Shown here in pieces: positions 27,334 to 37,822 of a DNA stretch of 64,000 nt (within the stretch, counting starts at the first letter, position 1; every line of letters starts with the position of its first letter). This stretch comes from Patescibacteria group bacterium (GTDB lineage Bacteria > Patescibacteriota > Patescibacteriia > UM-FILTER-42-10). The position numbers and the translations under genes are program-made. The notes beneath the pieces are model-generated. The model did not search any database and had not been told where the DNA came from. It saw only the letters and a program-made list of their open reading frames with translations. The stretch is from NCBI GenBank assembly GCA_041666845.1, contig JBAYGC010000007.1, positions 6,080 to 70,079 of the forward strand, written 5' to 3'.

Positions 27334-27345
27334 GATAAGAAAAAT

Positions 27346-27483
27346 TTAGGCAGATAACTTAGCCCGCTTTTTTGCTCTTCTTCTTTTCAAGACCTTTTTC
27401 CCAGTATGAGAACTCATTCTTTCTCGAAAACCGTGAGTCTTTTGTCTTTTTCTTTTCTTCGGCTGATATGTTCTTTTAGGCAT
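27346..27483 (-). CDS. rpmH: 50S ribosomal protein L34 (not in the ORF track)
   Basis: Manual translation [45 protein letters not shown]. Confidence 0.95.
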   Translation of the reverse strand: MPKRTYQPKKRKRQKTHGFRERMSSHTGKKVLKRRRAKKRAKLSA

Positions 27484-27581
27484 CTTTTTCTTTTATGATT
27501 TTTCTGTTACCTAATTATAAGTATATGTAGTCTATCAGACGAGGAGATGAAGGTCAACGCCTAAAAATATCCTTAAAATAT

Positions 27582-27612
27582 TTATCCTCACTTTTTCCAC
27601 AGATTATGAACA
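27582..27612 (+). promoter_or_regulatory. Three phased DnaA-box-like sites upstream of dnaA
   Basis: TTATCCTCA (27582), TTTTCCACA (27593) and TTATGAACA (27604), at an 11-bp period. Confidence 0.7.
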
Positions 27613-27699
27613 AGGTCGTCTCGTTTTACCGATATCTGTCTTTAATGTTTTGTGGTATAGTCAGTATTAGTCAATATTTAGCAATAATCTTTACATGAT

Positions 27700-29067
27700 A
27701 TGACAAAGGAGCAGTTGTGGCAGGCGGTCTTAGGGGAGTTAGAACTATCGCTGAGTAAAGCCAACTTTACCACTTGGTTTAATAATACCTTTGTTTCAGA
27801 GTTTGAAGATAATGTAGTAGTAATTGCCGTCCCGAATACTTTCACAAAGACATGGTTTGAAAATAAATATCATGGGGCTATTGCCCAGGCTTTGCAAAAT
27901 GTAACAGATGGTGGGGTTAAAGAAGTGACTTATAAGGTAGAGTCTTCTAAGAACCCCAAGAATGGCATGATTGCTAAAACCCAAACCACAGAAGCAGATC
28001 GAAAGGTTGACTCACTGAAGAAGAAAGATTCTGCAGAAGCAAATAATGGATTAAACCCCTTATATACTTTTGAGAATTTTGTCGTCGGCAAAGGAAATGA
28101 TCTGGCGAAAGCTGCTTGTATCGCAACCGCGGAAAAACCAGGGATTATTTATAATCCTCTTTTCATTTACGGTGGTGTTGGGCTGGGTAAGACCCATTTA
28201 CTACAGGCGGTTGGGCATCGCACTATGGAAGTTTATAATAACAAAAAGGTTGTTTATGTCACGTGCGAGAGTTTCACTAATGATTTTATTCAAGCGGTTA
28301 GTAACGGCCGGACAGAAAAATTTAAAGATTTTTATCGTTCTGTCGATGTTCTTTTGATTGATGACATCCAGTTTCTAGCCACTAAAGAAAGAACCCAAGA
28401 AGAGTTTTTTCATACCTTCAATGCCTTACATCAAGCCAGAAAACAAATTGTGATCAGTTCTGACCGCCCACCAAAAGCAATCCCAGCTCTTGAGAAAAGG
28501 CTGATTTCCCGCTTTGAATGGGGGATGATTGCTGACATCTCCAGCCCGGATCTTGAAACCAGAACCGCAATTCTAGAAACCAAGTGCCGGGAAAAGGGCT
28601 ACGAATTGAGTAATGAAATTCTTTCTTCTATCGCCGCCTCCGTTCACAATAACGTTCGTGAGCTTGAGGGGGCTTTAAACCGCATCATTGCCCACCATCA
28701 ATTGAATAACAGCGTACCTACACTAGAATCAACAAGAGAAGTGTTGTCCGCACTAGCTAACACGCCACGAAAAGGCGCTTTAACCCCAAAACAAGTTATT
28801 TCTACGGTTGCGGAATTTTATGAAATTAGCATTAAAGACTTGACCGGGGAAAGTAGAAAAAAAGAACTGGTGGTCCCCAGACAGATCTCTATGTTTTTAA
28901 TGAGAGAAGAAATAAAGACCTCCTACCCGAGTATTGGGCAAGAGGTTGGTGGCAGAGACCACACAACAGCAATGCATGCATACATGAAAATTACCAAAGA
29001 AGTTGAAGAAAATGAAAAAATCAAACAAGAAATTGATCTGATTCTTCAAAGGCTTTATAATAATTAA
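27700..29067 (+). CDS. dnaA: Chromosomal replication initiator DnaA
   Basis: YNPLFIYGGVGLGKTHL, DDIQF, QEEFFHTFN, RELEGAL, GGRDHTT. Confidence 0.98.
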   Translation: MTKEQLWQAVLGELELSLSKANFTTWFNNTFVSEFEDNVVVIAVPNTFTKTWFENKYHGAIAQALQNVTDGGVKEVTYKVESSKNPKNGMIAKTQTTEADRKVDSLKKKDSAEANNGLNPLYTFENFVVGKGNDLAKAACIATAEKPGIIYNPLFIYGGVGLGKTHLLQAVGHRTMEVYNNKKVVYVTCESFTNDFIQAVSNGRTEKFKDFYRSVDVLLIDDIQFLATKERTQEEFFHTFNALHQARKQIVISSDRPPKAIPALEKRLISRFEWGMIADISSPDLETRTAILETKCREKGYELSNEILSSIAASVHNNVRELEGALNRIIAHHQLNNSVPTLESTREVLSALANTPRKGALTPKQVISTVAEFYEISIKDLTGESRKKELVVPRQISMFLMREEIKTSYPSIGQEVGGRDHTTAMHAYMKITKEVEENEKIKQEIDLILQRLYNN

Positions 29068-29278
29068 CTTTTTGGTGGAAAAGATTGTTGATAAAGGATG
29101 TAGATAATTTGTTTAGAAGTCAGAAGTATTTCTTCATTTAAACTGGTGCACAGTACACTCATCTACTTATCCAAAACAAAGTGTTAATAAAAACTTCTTA
29201 AAACAAAAGAGAAAGTAAAGAATCACGATCGTTATCCACTTATTAACATTATTACTACTATAATTAATATAATATACT
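29068..29278. other. Probable oriC unwinding region
   Basis: DnaA-box variants TGTTGATAA (29086), TGTAGATAA (29099), TTATCCAAA (29167), TTATCCACT (29232) and TTATTAACA (29240), then trio-like TTATTACTACTATAAT and an AT-rich tract. Confidence 0.8.
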
Positions 29279-30385
29279 ATGAAACTATATTGTACTCAGG
29301 AGAATTTAAACAGGGGATTAAATATTGTCAGTCATCTTGCAGGTAAAAATACCACCTTGCCAATACTTGATAATATTTTAGTGAGTATTGAAAATGGAGT
29401 AATTCAACTTTCCACCACAAATTTGGAAATGGGGATCAGTTGTAAAATAAGAGGCAAGGTTGAAAGCGAAGGGAAAACAACTATCCCGGCGAAACTGTTT
29501 GCTGATTATGTCAGTCTTTTACCAAACGAAAAAATTTATATAGAAGAAACAGAAAAAAAGATTTATATCAGTTGCACAGATCAAGAGACGACAATTCAAG
29601 GGATGTCGGCGGAAGATTATCCACTGATCCCGTCTTTAGAAAAAAAGAATAAAATTGTAATCAAAGCCGAGGACTTAAAAAATGTAGTTAGGGAAACACT
29701 GTTCGCGGCGGCCTATGATGAAACTAGACCGGAAATCAGCGGAGTATTAGTCAAAATAGAGGGTAATAAAGCAAGGTTTGTTGCCACAGACAGTTACCGG
29801 TTGGCTGAAAAAACAATAATTATTGACGCAAAAGAGGTGGGAGATGTGGAAAGTATCTTACCTTCCAGAACACTACAAGAGTTGGTTAGGATTGTCGGGA
29901 TGTCTCAGGTAGAAGAAATAGAGATGTATATAGCAGAGAATCAGGTGTTGTTTTGTCTTGATGACGTTGAAATTATTTCCCGGGCAATTGAGGGTAATTA
30001 CCCGGATTACCAGCAGATAATTCCAAAAGATAAAAAAACCGCAGTGCTTGCCAATAAAGAAGACCTGTTGAAAGTAATAAAAACAACCAGCTTGTTTTCC
30101 AAGAGCGGAATTAATGATGTAAATCTAAAAGTCGTTACGGAAAATAAAGAATTGATTGTGTCAGCAATTAATTCACAGTTGGGTGAAAACATATCGAGAA
30201 TGAAAGTGGAGATTGAAGGCGAAGATAACCAGATAGTTTTCAATCATCGTTACCTTCTGGACGGATTGCAAAGTATTAATTCCGAAAGAGTATCGCTGGA
30301 AATAATTAATAATACCAATCCAGGGGTAGTTAGGCCGGAAAATGACGAAAATTATGTCTATATAATTATGCCGATAAAGCAGTAG
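29279..30385 (+). CDS. dnaN: DNA polymerase III beta clamp
   Basis: LPILDNIL, TTNLE, ATDSYRL, YPDYQQIIP, IIMPIK. Confidence 0.97.
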   Translation: MKLYCTQENLNRGLNIVSHLAGKNTTLPILDNILVSIENGVIQLSTTNLEMGISCKIRGKVESEGKTTIPAKLFADYVSLLPNEKIYIEETEKKIYISCTDQETTIQGMSAEDYPLIPSLEKKNKIVIKAEDLKNVVRETLFAAAYDETRPEISGVLVKIEGNKARFVATDSYRLAEKTIIIDAKEVGDVESILPSRTLQELVRIVGMSQVEEIEMYIAENQVLFCLDDVEIISRAIEGNYPDYQQIIPKDKKTAVLANKEDLLKVIKTTSLFSKSGINDVNLKVVTENKELIVSAINSQLGENISRMKVEIEGEDNQIVFNHRYLLDGLQSINSERVSLEIINNTNPGVVRPENDENYVYIIMPIKQ

Positions 30386-30391
30386 GGAATT

Positions 30392-30685
30392 ATGAGAAAG
30401 ATAGAAAATCTTCTGGAGGATTCTCTGGTACGTGCCGGAATCGAACAAAAGATAAATACAATGAGGGTAATTTATGAAGTAAAGAAAATATTTCTTGGTA
30501 TGTTTGGGATAAATTCCCGCTATACTATTGTTCCTAAAACGATCAAAGAAAAAATGTTGGTGGTTGAGGTAAGAAATGAATCAGATATCGAAGAAGTTAA
30601 AAATCGCGAAGAAGAGATTCTGGTTGAATTGGAAAATAAACTAAAAAAAACCGCAGTAAAAAGATTGCGCTTCCAAGTAAGATAA
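30392..30685 (+). CDS. Probable DciA/DUF721 family protein
   Basis: About 97 aa directly after dnaN; ends with VKRLRF; weak family resemblance. Confidence 0.55.
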   Translation: MRKIENLLEDSLVRAGIEQKINTMRVIYEVKKIFLGMFGINSRYTIVPKTIKEKMLVVEVRNESDIEEVKNREEEILVELENKLKKTAVKRLRFQVR

Positions 30686-30689
30686 CTTT

Positions 30690-33533
30690 TTATTCGATAA
30701 CTAAAGGCAAGAGGTCGCTCGTTGCCCTTTTGTTATTTCTAGTAGTTACAGAAATGTATAAATTATATGATCCTGTCTCCGGATAATCTTGCCACTGAAT
30801 AGTATTGGAGTTTGACCCCGGGTTGGTAATGGAATTGATTAGTGTGGGAGATGAGACCCCTGGTTGGGAGTAATATAAACTAATTTTTTCGATACCTTCT
30901 GGGCTATATGAATAGCTATTGATCGACAGCGGGAAATTATTCTGGTTGAAAATATCATTTGCGCTGGGGGATACAAAATAAACAGTTGCCGAAAGATTGG
31001 AACTATAAGTAAAGTTGACGCTCTCTTGGGAACTGTTGGCAACTTCATCATAAGCGACTACTGTTAAAGTATGCTTGCCATTGGTGAGATTGAAAGCGGA
31101 GTAGGTTGTTTGGAAAGGGGTATTAGTTACGGTTTCTACCAAAGTCTTATCAATATAGTATTCCACCTTAGTAATCTCATGATTATCTTTAGCCGAGAAT
31201 TGTGCCGAGACGGAAAAGGTTTCCTCATTCAGTTCGGCATCTTTAGCCGGCTTTTTTATAGTAACGGTCGGTTGTTGGTCCGATGGTCTGAAATTACAAT
31301 CTTCAAAAACTTCCTGACCAGCAGATACATAACCATTTCTTTGTGCCCACGCGCGGACCGGGGCTTCCCACTGATTGTACTGCGGATCACTTGTCGGATT
31401 GGATGGTATTGGACCATCCGGATCATTTTTGTCGACATAATGAAGAATGGTATGCGTTTCTTTATAGCTTACCTCCTTGGTATATTTTGAGGGGTATGAA
31501 TCAATACAGCTTTGCGGGATTGTTTTGCCGGAATAAATGTCGACTACCCTGGTTGTTACTGTGTCGATTTCTCCCCTTAAGATCGGCTTCTTTGAATCAT
31601 TTGGTGCTGGAGCATTGAAAGTTTCTACTGGTGAACCGACTAAGACTCTCTTCATAAACTGATTCCAAATTGGTGCCGCAACAATTGACCCGTCGGCACC
31701 GTGGGACATTTCCGAGTTATCATTATTCCCAACCCAAACACCAGCGGCAATGGATGGGGTATAACCCATTGTCCAGGCGTCTTTATAGTCGTTAGTAGTA
31801 CCTGTTTTGGTTGCCACGGGGCGATCCGGTAAGGTTAAGTAGTTGGAAGCACCGAAAATATATGCCCGAGCATCATTATCAGTAAGTATGCTGTTTAATT
31901 GTCGTACGGCATTTTTGTCAATTACTTCCGTTCCTTCTGATTCGGTGAATTCTTCTAAAACTTTACCATCCCGGTCTTCAACTTTCATAATAGCGGTATG
32001 GGGGTGACGTACTCCTTCGCGGGCCAATGTGGAATAAGCGGAAACATGTTCCAATAATTTTACGTCACCACCGCCTAATACTAAGGAAAGCCCATAGCGA
32101 TCGGGGTCGTTTAGTGTGGTATAACCAAGATCGTGTGCGGTGTCGATTACATTATTAACCCCGGCTAAGTAAAGCGTTTTCACAGCTGGTATATTGAGTG
32201 ATCCCGCCAAAGCTTTTCTCATTGATACGGGTCCTCGCTCACCACCATCATAGTTTGAAGGAGAATAGTCTCCGAAGTCTGTTTTCAAATCGAATAGCAT
32301 GGTTTCCGGAGTATATCCTCTCTCAAAGGCGGTAACATAGGCGATTGGTTTAAAAGATGATCCTGGTTGGTTACCACGGATTGCTATATTGACTTGCCCG
32401 TCGATGTTTTCATCAAAATAATTACGCGAACCGACCATGGTTAAGATTTGCCCCGTTTTGGTGTCAATAGCAACCAAGGCGGCATTTTCAGCGTTGTATC
32501 GGGCTTCGTTTTTCGGAACCTGCTCTGCAATTATCTCCTCTGCTATTTTTTGTTTATCATAATCAAGCGTGGTGATGACTTTCAGTCCTCCCTCTTCGAC
32601 TACTCTTTCGCCGTATTTTTCTGTTAGTAATTCCTTAACATACATTACAAAGTGCGGTGCTTCAATATCTGTAGATTGAGAAACAAAAACTAACTCAGTG
32701 TTTTTCGCTTCTTCCGCCTGTGTTTCAGTAATATATCCTTGTTCAACCATGAGATCTAGAATATATTGCTGCCTGCCTATTAAAATGTCCTTATTTGATC
32801 CATAAGGAGAATAGCGGGTAGGGGCTTGTGGTAGAGCTGCAAGAATAGCCGCTTCTGCTAGATTGATATCCTGTACATTCTTGCCAAAATATTTTTGACT
32901 GGCTGTTTGTACACCATATGCAGTTGATCCGTAGGGTATCTCATTTAAATACATCTGCAAAATCTCATCCTTTGAAAATTTATTTTCAATCTGGTATGAC
33001 AGTATCCATTCTTTAATTTTTCTAGTTACGGTTCTTTCGTCAGTAAGGATTGAATTTTTAACAAATTGTTGAGTTAGAGTTGAGCCACCTTGAGCGCTCC
33101 CGCCCCTTAATTTTTGTAGTACTACACCTCGAAATATACCCCAAAGACTTACACCACCGTGCTTATAGAAGTTCTTATCCTCCATGGATATTGTTGCTTG
33201 TTCTAGGTAGTCAGGAATATCTTTCAAAGTAACAAGAGTTCTTTTTTTGTCACCATAAATCTCGTATAAAAGATGTTCGCCGGTGCGGTCAAATATTTGA
33301 GTACTTTGTGCAATATTTCTTTCCAGAATCTTATCTGGATCAGGCAGGTCTCTGGAAATCCATGCGAACATGCCGATTACCACTACGACCCCGGCTAGAA
33401 ATAGAATACCGAAAAGCCTGAGATAAAAAGCTTTACCTTTGTGTTTTTTGGTTTTTTTACCTGTTTCCGGAGAGCCAACCGGCCGGCTTTTCCAGGAACG
33501 CTGGTATTTGGGTGATAATTGTGGTATTGGCAT
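30690..33533 (-). CDS. Class A penicillin-binding protein with C-terminal Ig-like domains
   Basis: EDKNFYKH, GGSTLTQQ, RKIKE, YLN; SSFK, SLN, KTGT; Big-like tail. Confidence 0.93.
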   Translation of the reverse strand: MPIPQLSPKYQRSWKSRPVGSPETGKKTKKHKGKAFYLRLFGILFLAGVVVVIGMFAWISRDLPDPDKILERNIAQSTQIFDRTGEHLLYEIYGDKKRTLVTLKDIPDYLEQATISMEDKNFYKHGGVSLWGIFRGVVLQKLRGGSAQGGSTLTQQFVKNSILTDERTVTRKIKEWILSYQIENKFSKDEILQMYLNEIPYGSTAYGVQTASQKYFGKNVQDINLAEAAILAALPQAPTRYSPYGSNKDILIGRQQYILDLMVEQGYITETQAEEAKNTELVFVSQSTDIEAPHFVMYVKELLTEKYGERVVEEGGLKVITTLDYDKQKIAEEIIAEQVPKNEARYNAENAALVAIDTKTGQILTMVGSRNYFDENIDGQVNIAIRGNQPGSSFKPIAYVTAFERGYTPETMLFDLKTDFGDYSPSNYDGGERGPVSMRKALAGSLNIPAVKTLYLAGVNNVIDTAHDLGYTTLNDPDRYGLSLVLGGGDVKLLEHVSAYSTLAREGVRHPHTAIMKVEDRDGKVLEEFTESEGTEVIDKNAVRQLNSILTDNDARAYIFGASNYLTLPDRPVATKTGTTNDYKDAWTMGYTPSIAAGVWVGNNDNSEMSHGADGSIVAAPIWNQFMKRVLVGSPVETFNAPAPNDSKKPILRGEIDTVTTRVVDIYSGKTIPQSCIDSYPSKYTKEVSYKETHTILHYVDKNDPDGPIPSNPTSDPQYNQWEAPVRAWAQRNGYVSAGQEVFEDCNFRPSDQQPTVTIKKPAKDAELNEETFSVSAQFSAKDNHEITKVEYYIDKTLVETVTNTPFQTTYSAFNLTNGKHTLTVVAYDEVANSSQESVNFTYSSNLSATVYFVSPSANDIFNQNNFPLSINSYSYSPEGIEKISLYYSQPGVSSPTLINSITNPGSNSNTIQWQDYPETGSYNLYISVTTRNNKRATSDLLPLVIE

Positions 33534-33563
33534 GGGTTCAAATGAAAAACAATAATAGCTTAA

Positions 33564-34433
33564 TTATTGTTGCTTTGTCAAAGCCTGTTTAGCTAGCATT
33601 GCCGCTCCGATAATTGCACTATTTTTCAGCGAAGAGATTCTGATTGAGCAGGGTCGGATCAGTGATCTTCTGGCCATTTCTTTGTGCATGGAAAGAGTAA
33701 AGAACTTCCATGCCTGGCTGATTTTTCCACCGAGTACAATCACGTCAGGGTCATAAACATTGATTGTATTAACTAGCCCGATGCCGAGATATTTACCCAT
33801 TTCTCGCCAGGCGCGTAGAGCTTTAACATTACCGCGTTTCGCTAGCTTATAAAGACCATATCCGTCTGTGGTCGGCAGGTCATATTTTCTGGCCAGCCAG
33901 GCGACCCCCTTTTTACCGACGTATTGTTCAAAACAGCCGGAGTTACCACATTCGCATTGCGGTCCGTTGTAATCCAGAGTGGTGTGCCCGATTTCCGAAG
34001 CTTCTTTTCTGCCATGGTATATCTTCTGGTCAATCACCAGCCCCCCGCCGATCCCTGTGCCCAGAGTAATACCGGTTACAATATCATGGTGTTTCCCTTT
34101 CCCTACCAATGCTTCTGCTAAGGCGAAACAATTCGCGTCGTTGTCTAAGAATACCGGTAGACTGAAAGCGCGTTCCAGACGACTCTTGATTAGAGAACCT
34201 CGAACGGGTATGTTAACCGCTGCCGGCCAACCTAAACCGATTCCAGCGCAGTCCGGTGATGATTGTAAAAGTTGGCGTACATTTTCAACTACCTTTTTTA
34301 TAATTAGCCTTTGGCGATGACGAGTCGGTACCAAGGTGGTAAAAGTTTCCAGCACCTTGCCCTTAGCAGAAACAAGCCCACCCTCTAAAGTGGTCCCGCC
34401 CATATCGATTCCGATGTATGTTTTTTGTTTCAT
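33564..34433 (-). CDS. ROK family sugar kinase (glucokinase-like)
   Basis: GIDMGGT, DNDANC, LGTGIGGG, EIGH, CECGNSGCFE. Confidence 0.9.
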   Translation of the reverse strand: MKQKTYIGIDMGGTTLEGGLVSAKGKVLETFTTLVPTRHRQRLIIKKVVENVRQLLQSSPDCAGIGLGWPAAVNIPVRGSLIKSRLERAFSLPVFLDNDANCFALAEALVGKGKHHDIVTGITLGTGIGGGLVIDQKIYHGRKEASEIGHTTLDYNGPQCECGNSGCFEQYVGKKGVAWLARKYDLPTTDGYGLYKLAKRGNVKALRAWREMGKYLGIGLVNTINVYDPDVIVLGGKISQAWKFFTLSMHKEMARRSLIRPCSIRISSLKNSAIIGAAMLAKQALTKQQ

Positions 34434-34500
34434 TTGTGTCTTTCTATTATATCAGGAGTGGTGTATAATTTGAATATCTAAGCCTTATTTCCCAGCAAAA

Positions 34501-35685
34501 GTGAACAAAAAAGAGTTACAACAAGAACTATTATCCCGCGGTGTTGAAGAAATAATTGATCGGAAGAATTTAGAGAAAAAATTAAATTCCGGAAAAAAAT
34601 TACGGATTAAACTTGGTATCGATCCGACCAGCCCTAATTTGCATATTGGGAGAACAATCCCCCTACTGAAGTTGCGTGACTTTCAGGGGTTGGGGCACAA
34701 AATAGTTTTTATCATCGGTGATTTTACCGGCGTGATCGGCGATACTTCGGATAAAGAAAGTGAACGGCCGATGTTGGATGAAAAGGAAGTAGCGCAAAAT
34801 ATGAGAAGCTATGTTAAACAGGCTGAGAAAATATTAGATATCGAAAAATGTGAGATTCGTTACAATAGTGAGTGGTTGAAAAAGCTGGACTATCATAATA
34901 TCGGCAAGCAGGCGGACATTTTTTCTCTGAATGAATTCATCTCCCGGGAGAATATCGCAAAACGGCTGGATGCCGGCAAGCGGGTATCTTTGCGCGAACT
35001 GCTTTACCCTCTGATGCAGGGTTATGACTCGGTTGCGGTAAGGGCAGATGTAGAAATTGGCGGGACAGACCAAAGATTCAATTTATTAGCAGGTCGTGAA
35101 CTACAAAGGAACTATGGGCAAGTCGCTCAGGACATAATTACCAATCCGCTGATTGAAGGTCTGGACGGACGCAAAATGAGTTCCAGTTGGGGTAATACAA
35201 TTGATCTACTAGATCCGGCGGAAGAGATTTATGGAAAAGTTATGTCACTACGTGATGAGTTGATTATCCGCTATTTCGTTTTGACGACCCGCGTACCACT
35301 TAAAGATATTGAAATATACGAAAAAGATTTGAAAGCAGGTAAAAATCCGCGCGACTATAAAATGAAGCTGGCATATGAACTGGTGAGATTTTATCATTCG
35401 GAAAAAGCAGCGAGGCAAGCAGGGGGAGAATTTACCAAAGTATTTTCCAATAAAGAAAAACCTTCCAACATTCCAAAGACAAATATTAAGTACGGCGATT
35501 ATTTAATCCCCGATTTACTGGTTGAATTAAAATTAGCTAAGAGTAAAAGCGAAGCTCGTCGTTTAGTCGAACAGGGTGGTGTCAGAATTGATGCTAAAGT
35601 AAAAACTGATTGGAAGGAAAAAGTGAAGGTGCGGCAAGACACGCTGGTGCAGGTAGGTAAGAAGAAGTTTGTTGAAATTGGATAA
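34501..35685 (+). CDS. tyrS: Tyrosine-tRNA ligase
   Basis: GIDPT..LHIGR, YPLMQGYD, GGTDQ, KMSSS, C-terminal S4 domain. Confidence 0.96.
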   Translation: MNKKELQQELLSRGVEEIIDRKNLEKKLNSGKKLRIKLGIDPTSPNLHIGRTIPLLKLRDFQGLGHKIVFIIGDFTGVIGDTSDKESERPMLDEKEVAQNMRSYVKQAEKILDIEKCEIRYNSEWLKKLDYHNIGKQADIFSLNEFISRENIAKRLDAGKRVSLRELLYPLMQGYDSVAVRADVEIGGTDQRFNLLAGRELQRNYGQVAQDIITNPLIEGLDGRKMSSSWGNTIDLLDPAEEIYGKVMSLRDELIIRYFVLTTRVPLKDIEIYEKDLKAGKNPRDYKMKLAYELVRFYHSEKAARQAGGEFTKVFSNKEKPSNIPKTNIKYGDYLIPDLLVELKLAKSKSEARRLVEQGGVRIDAKVKTDWKEKVKVRQDTLVQVGKKKFVEIG

Positions 35686-35695
35686 ATACAATTTG

Positions 35696-36376
35696 ATGCC
35701 CAAAATAAAACTTATAATTTTTGACTGGGATGATGTTTTTACACTTGGTTCAAAAGAAGGTTATTTTAAATGTTATCACCAAGCGCTAATTGGTGTTGGA
35801 GTATATCTAGAACCAAAAGAAGAGAAAAAAAGAATCCTAGCTAAATGGGGTCAATCTCATCAAGAAGAGCTTAGAGAGTTATTAAAAGAAAGGCCTGAAT
35901 TATTAAATCAGGCTTGTAGTATTTATAAAGAAAAACTGTTTGGCAATACATTTATTGATTGTCTATCGTTGGTCCCCGGCGCTATTGGGCTTTTAAATAG
36001 ATTAAGTAAAAATTATCTACTTACAGTCGCTACTGGGCTCAATCCAGTCATAATGAAGGAAAGAGTTTTTCCAAAATTTAAGATTCCGGATGTATTTTCT
36101 CAAATTATTTCAACCCATGATATTAATGATCCTAAAAAACACAAACCAAGTCCTTACATTGCCAATGAAATCTTAAAACACCATAACGTTTTACCCAGTG
36201 AAGCATTATTGGTTGGCGATGCTGAAAATGATGTACTTATGGCTTATAGCGCGAATATAATACCTGTAGCTGTTCTTACCGGCCATCTAAGCAAAAAAGA
36301 AGCGAAATTATTAAATGTAAAGTATATAATTGATAATATTGTGCAGATTGATAAAGTATTAGAAGAATTAGGTTAA
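35696..36376 (+). CDS. HAD family hydrolase
   Basis: IIFDWDD, KP.P, VGDAENDV. Confidence 0.85.
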   Translation: MPKIKLIIFDWDDVFTLGSKEGYFKCYHQALIGVGVYLEPKEEKKRILAKWGQSHQEELRELLKERPELLNQACSIYKEKLFGNTFIDCLSLVPGAIGLLNRLSKNYLLTVATGLNPVIMKERVFPKFKIPDVFSQIISTHDINDPKKHKPSPYIANEILKHHNVLPSEALLVGDAENDVLMAYSANIIPVAVLTGHLSKKEAKLLNVKYIIDNIVQIDKVLEELG

Positions 36377-36393
36377 AATATAATAATAATTTT

Positions 36394-36921
36394 GTGATTG
36401 TTTCATTAAATATAGAATTCGAAAAAGCCGTACGTTTACTGGCGGAGCAAATGCCTGTGTCGGATGAAAACAGCAGGAAACCAATTTTATTCCATAATAT
36501 TCGTGTTGGTGTTTATTTGTATGAAAATGGTTATTCGCGGGATATTGTTCTGGCGGGTGTTTTGCATGATGCAATTGAATGGGCTGATATTGGCGAGGAT
36601 TTATTGAAAGATGAATTTGGTGATAATGTGGTAAGACTTGTTTTGGCAAGTACAAAGGACGATTCAATTGCTGATCAGAAAGAAAAGACCAATGAGTTAA
36701 TAATACGCTGTGTACAAAACGGACAGGAGGCTCTGATTATTAAGGCCGTTGATATTATTGACAGCTTTAAGTGGTATTCCGGTCAAAATAACAAAGATCA
36801 ACTGCAATATTGTATGAGAAACGCTGATGCTATATTAAAATTTAAGCCAGAAGATTTTAAGGATAAGATATTTAACGAACTGGAGACCTGGCAAGAAAGG
36901 TTTGCAGATTTAGCTAAATAA
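36394..36921 (+). CDS. Stand-alone HD-domain protein, (p)ppGpp hydrolase/Mesh1-like
   Basis: P...H...AGVLHDAIE...EFGDNV..LV...T...IIKAVD. Confidence 0.7.
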   Translation: MIVSLNIEFEKAVRLLAEQMPVSDENSRKPILFHNIRVGVYLYENGYSRDIVLAGVLHDAIEWADIGEDLLKDEFGDNVVRLVLASTKDDSIADQKEKTNELIIRCVQNGQEALIIKAVDIIDSFKWYSGQNNKDQLQYCMRNADAILKFKPEDFKDKIFNELETWQERFADLAK

Positions 36922-36942
36922 AATCATATTTTTGCATGAAAG

Positions 36943-36963
36943 AAACCCCTGATTATGGGGTTT
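36943..36963. terminator. Terminator between convergent genes
   Basis: AAACCCC-TGATTAT-GGGGTTT. Confidence 0.55.
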
Positions 36964-36992
36964 TATGATCCGATTAATTTCTAAGAAAGTAA

Positions 36993-37790
36993 TTATTTTT
37001 TTGGATAAATTACGATCATCACCCTGCGTCCGTTGGCTGGGTCGCCGTTGTTCCAGTCATGAGTAGCATTGATCAAAACATCCGGATCGTAGACATAATC
37101 GTGCCCTTTGCGGGTGCCGGGGTCATTGGTAATAATCTGGGTTTCTGTCCAACCTTTGACCACCAGTGCATGATAGAGCGGCCCTGGCTGTTTAAAGTTC
37201 GGATTGCCAAGCTCGCGTCCCGCGGAGAGCAGGATCACCGGTCTTCCTTGGGTAACTTGTTGTTTAATGTCATTTATTGTGATGTCATAAATTACATCCA
37301 CTTTATTGTAATGATAAAAATCTTTGATCAGCTGTGCGGTTTCTTCCGCAGAAGTGCTCTTATAATCCCCATATTGTAAGTTTTCAAAATCAACCAGCGC
37401 AAGCAGTTCATTGTCCGCGGTTTGAGCGTCTTCAAATGGCTTGTTTTCATAAAAACGATGCACCATTAAAAGTGCTGCCTCCTCACAAGTGTCTTCATGA
37501 ATTTCGTCCCAATTCGAAAGTGGCGCCTGTGAAGTGAAGGGAACATCCAGATTTAATGTGGTAGGAATGCTAGTCGAGATATTTGTATTAGTTGGATTTG
37601 CATTGATGTTTGCGGTATTGGTGTTTTGATTTGAATTTGCATTTGCCGAGATATCATTGTATGAAACTGCGTCAGGCACCGGTTCTTGGAACTGTTTTTT
37701 GACCCAATCAGAAACCGGCACGCGGTACCAGTAAAGTACGGCGAGTAATACAGTGGTGATAGTTATGCTGATGAATATTTTTTTCTTCAT
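36993..37790 (-). CDS. Membrane-anchored C39-like cysteine peptidase
   Basis: N-terminal TM helix, Asn-rich linker, VPFTSQAP...CEEAA...HALVV...NDPG. Confidence 0.8.
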   Translation of the reverse strand: MKKKIFISITITTVLLAVLYWYRVPVSDWVKKQFQEPVPDAVSYNDISANANSNQNTNTANINANPTNTNISTSIPTTLNLDVPFTSQAPLSNWDEIHEDTCEEAALLMVHRFYENKPFEDAQTADNELLALVDFENLQYGDYKSTSAEETAQLIKDFYHYNKVDVIYDITINDIKQQVTQGRPVILLSAGRELGNPNFKQPGPLYHALVVKGWTETQIITNDPGTRKGHDYVYDPDVLINATHDWNNGDPANGRRVMIVIYPKK

Positions 37791-37822
37791 GGTCTCTTGA
37801 TTGAATCAGGAAGATTATCCCA

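Noticed and set aside
37560-37660. Asn/Thr-rich low-complexity tract
   Set aside because: Ordinary disordered linker in a membrane-anchored protein, not a DNA repeat element.
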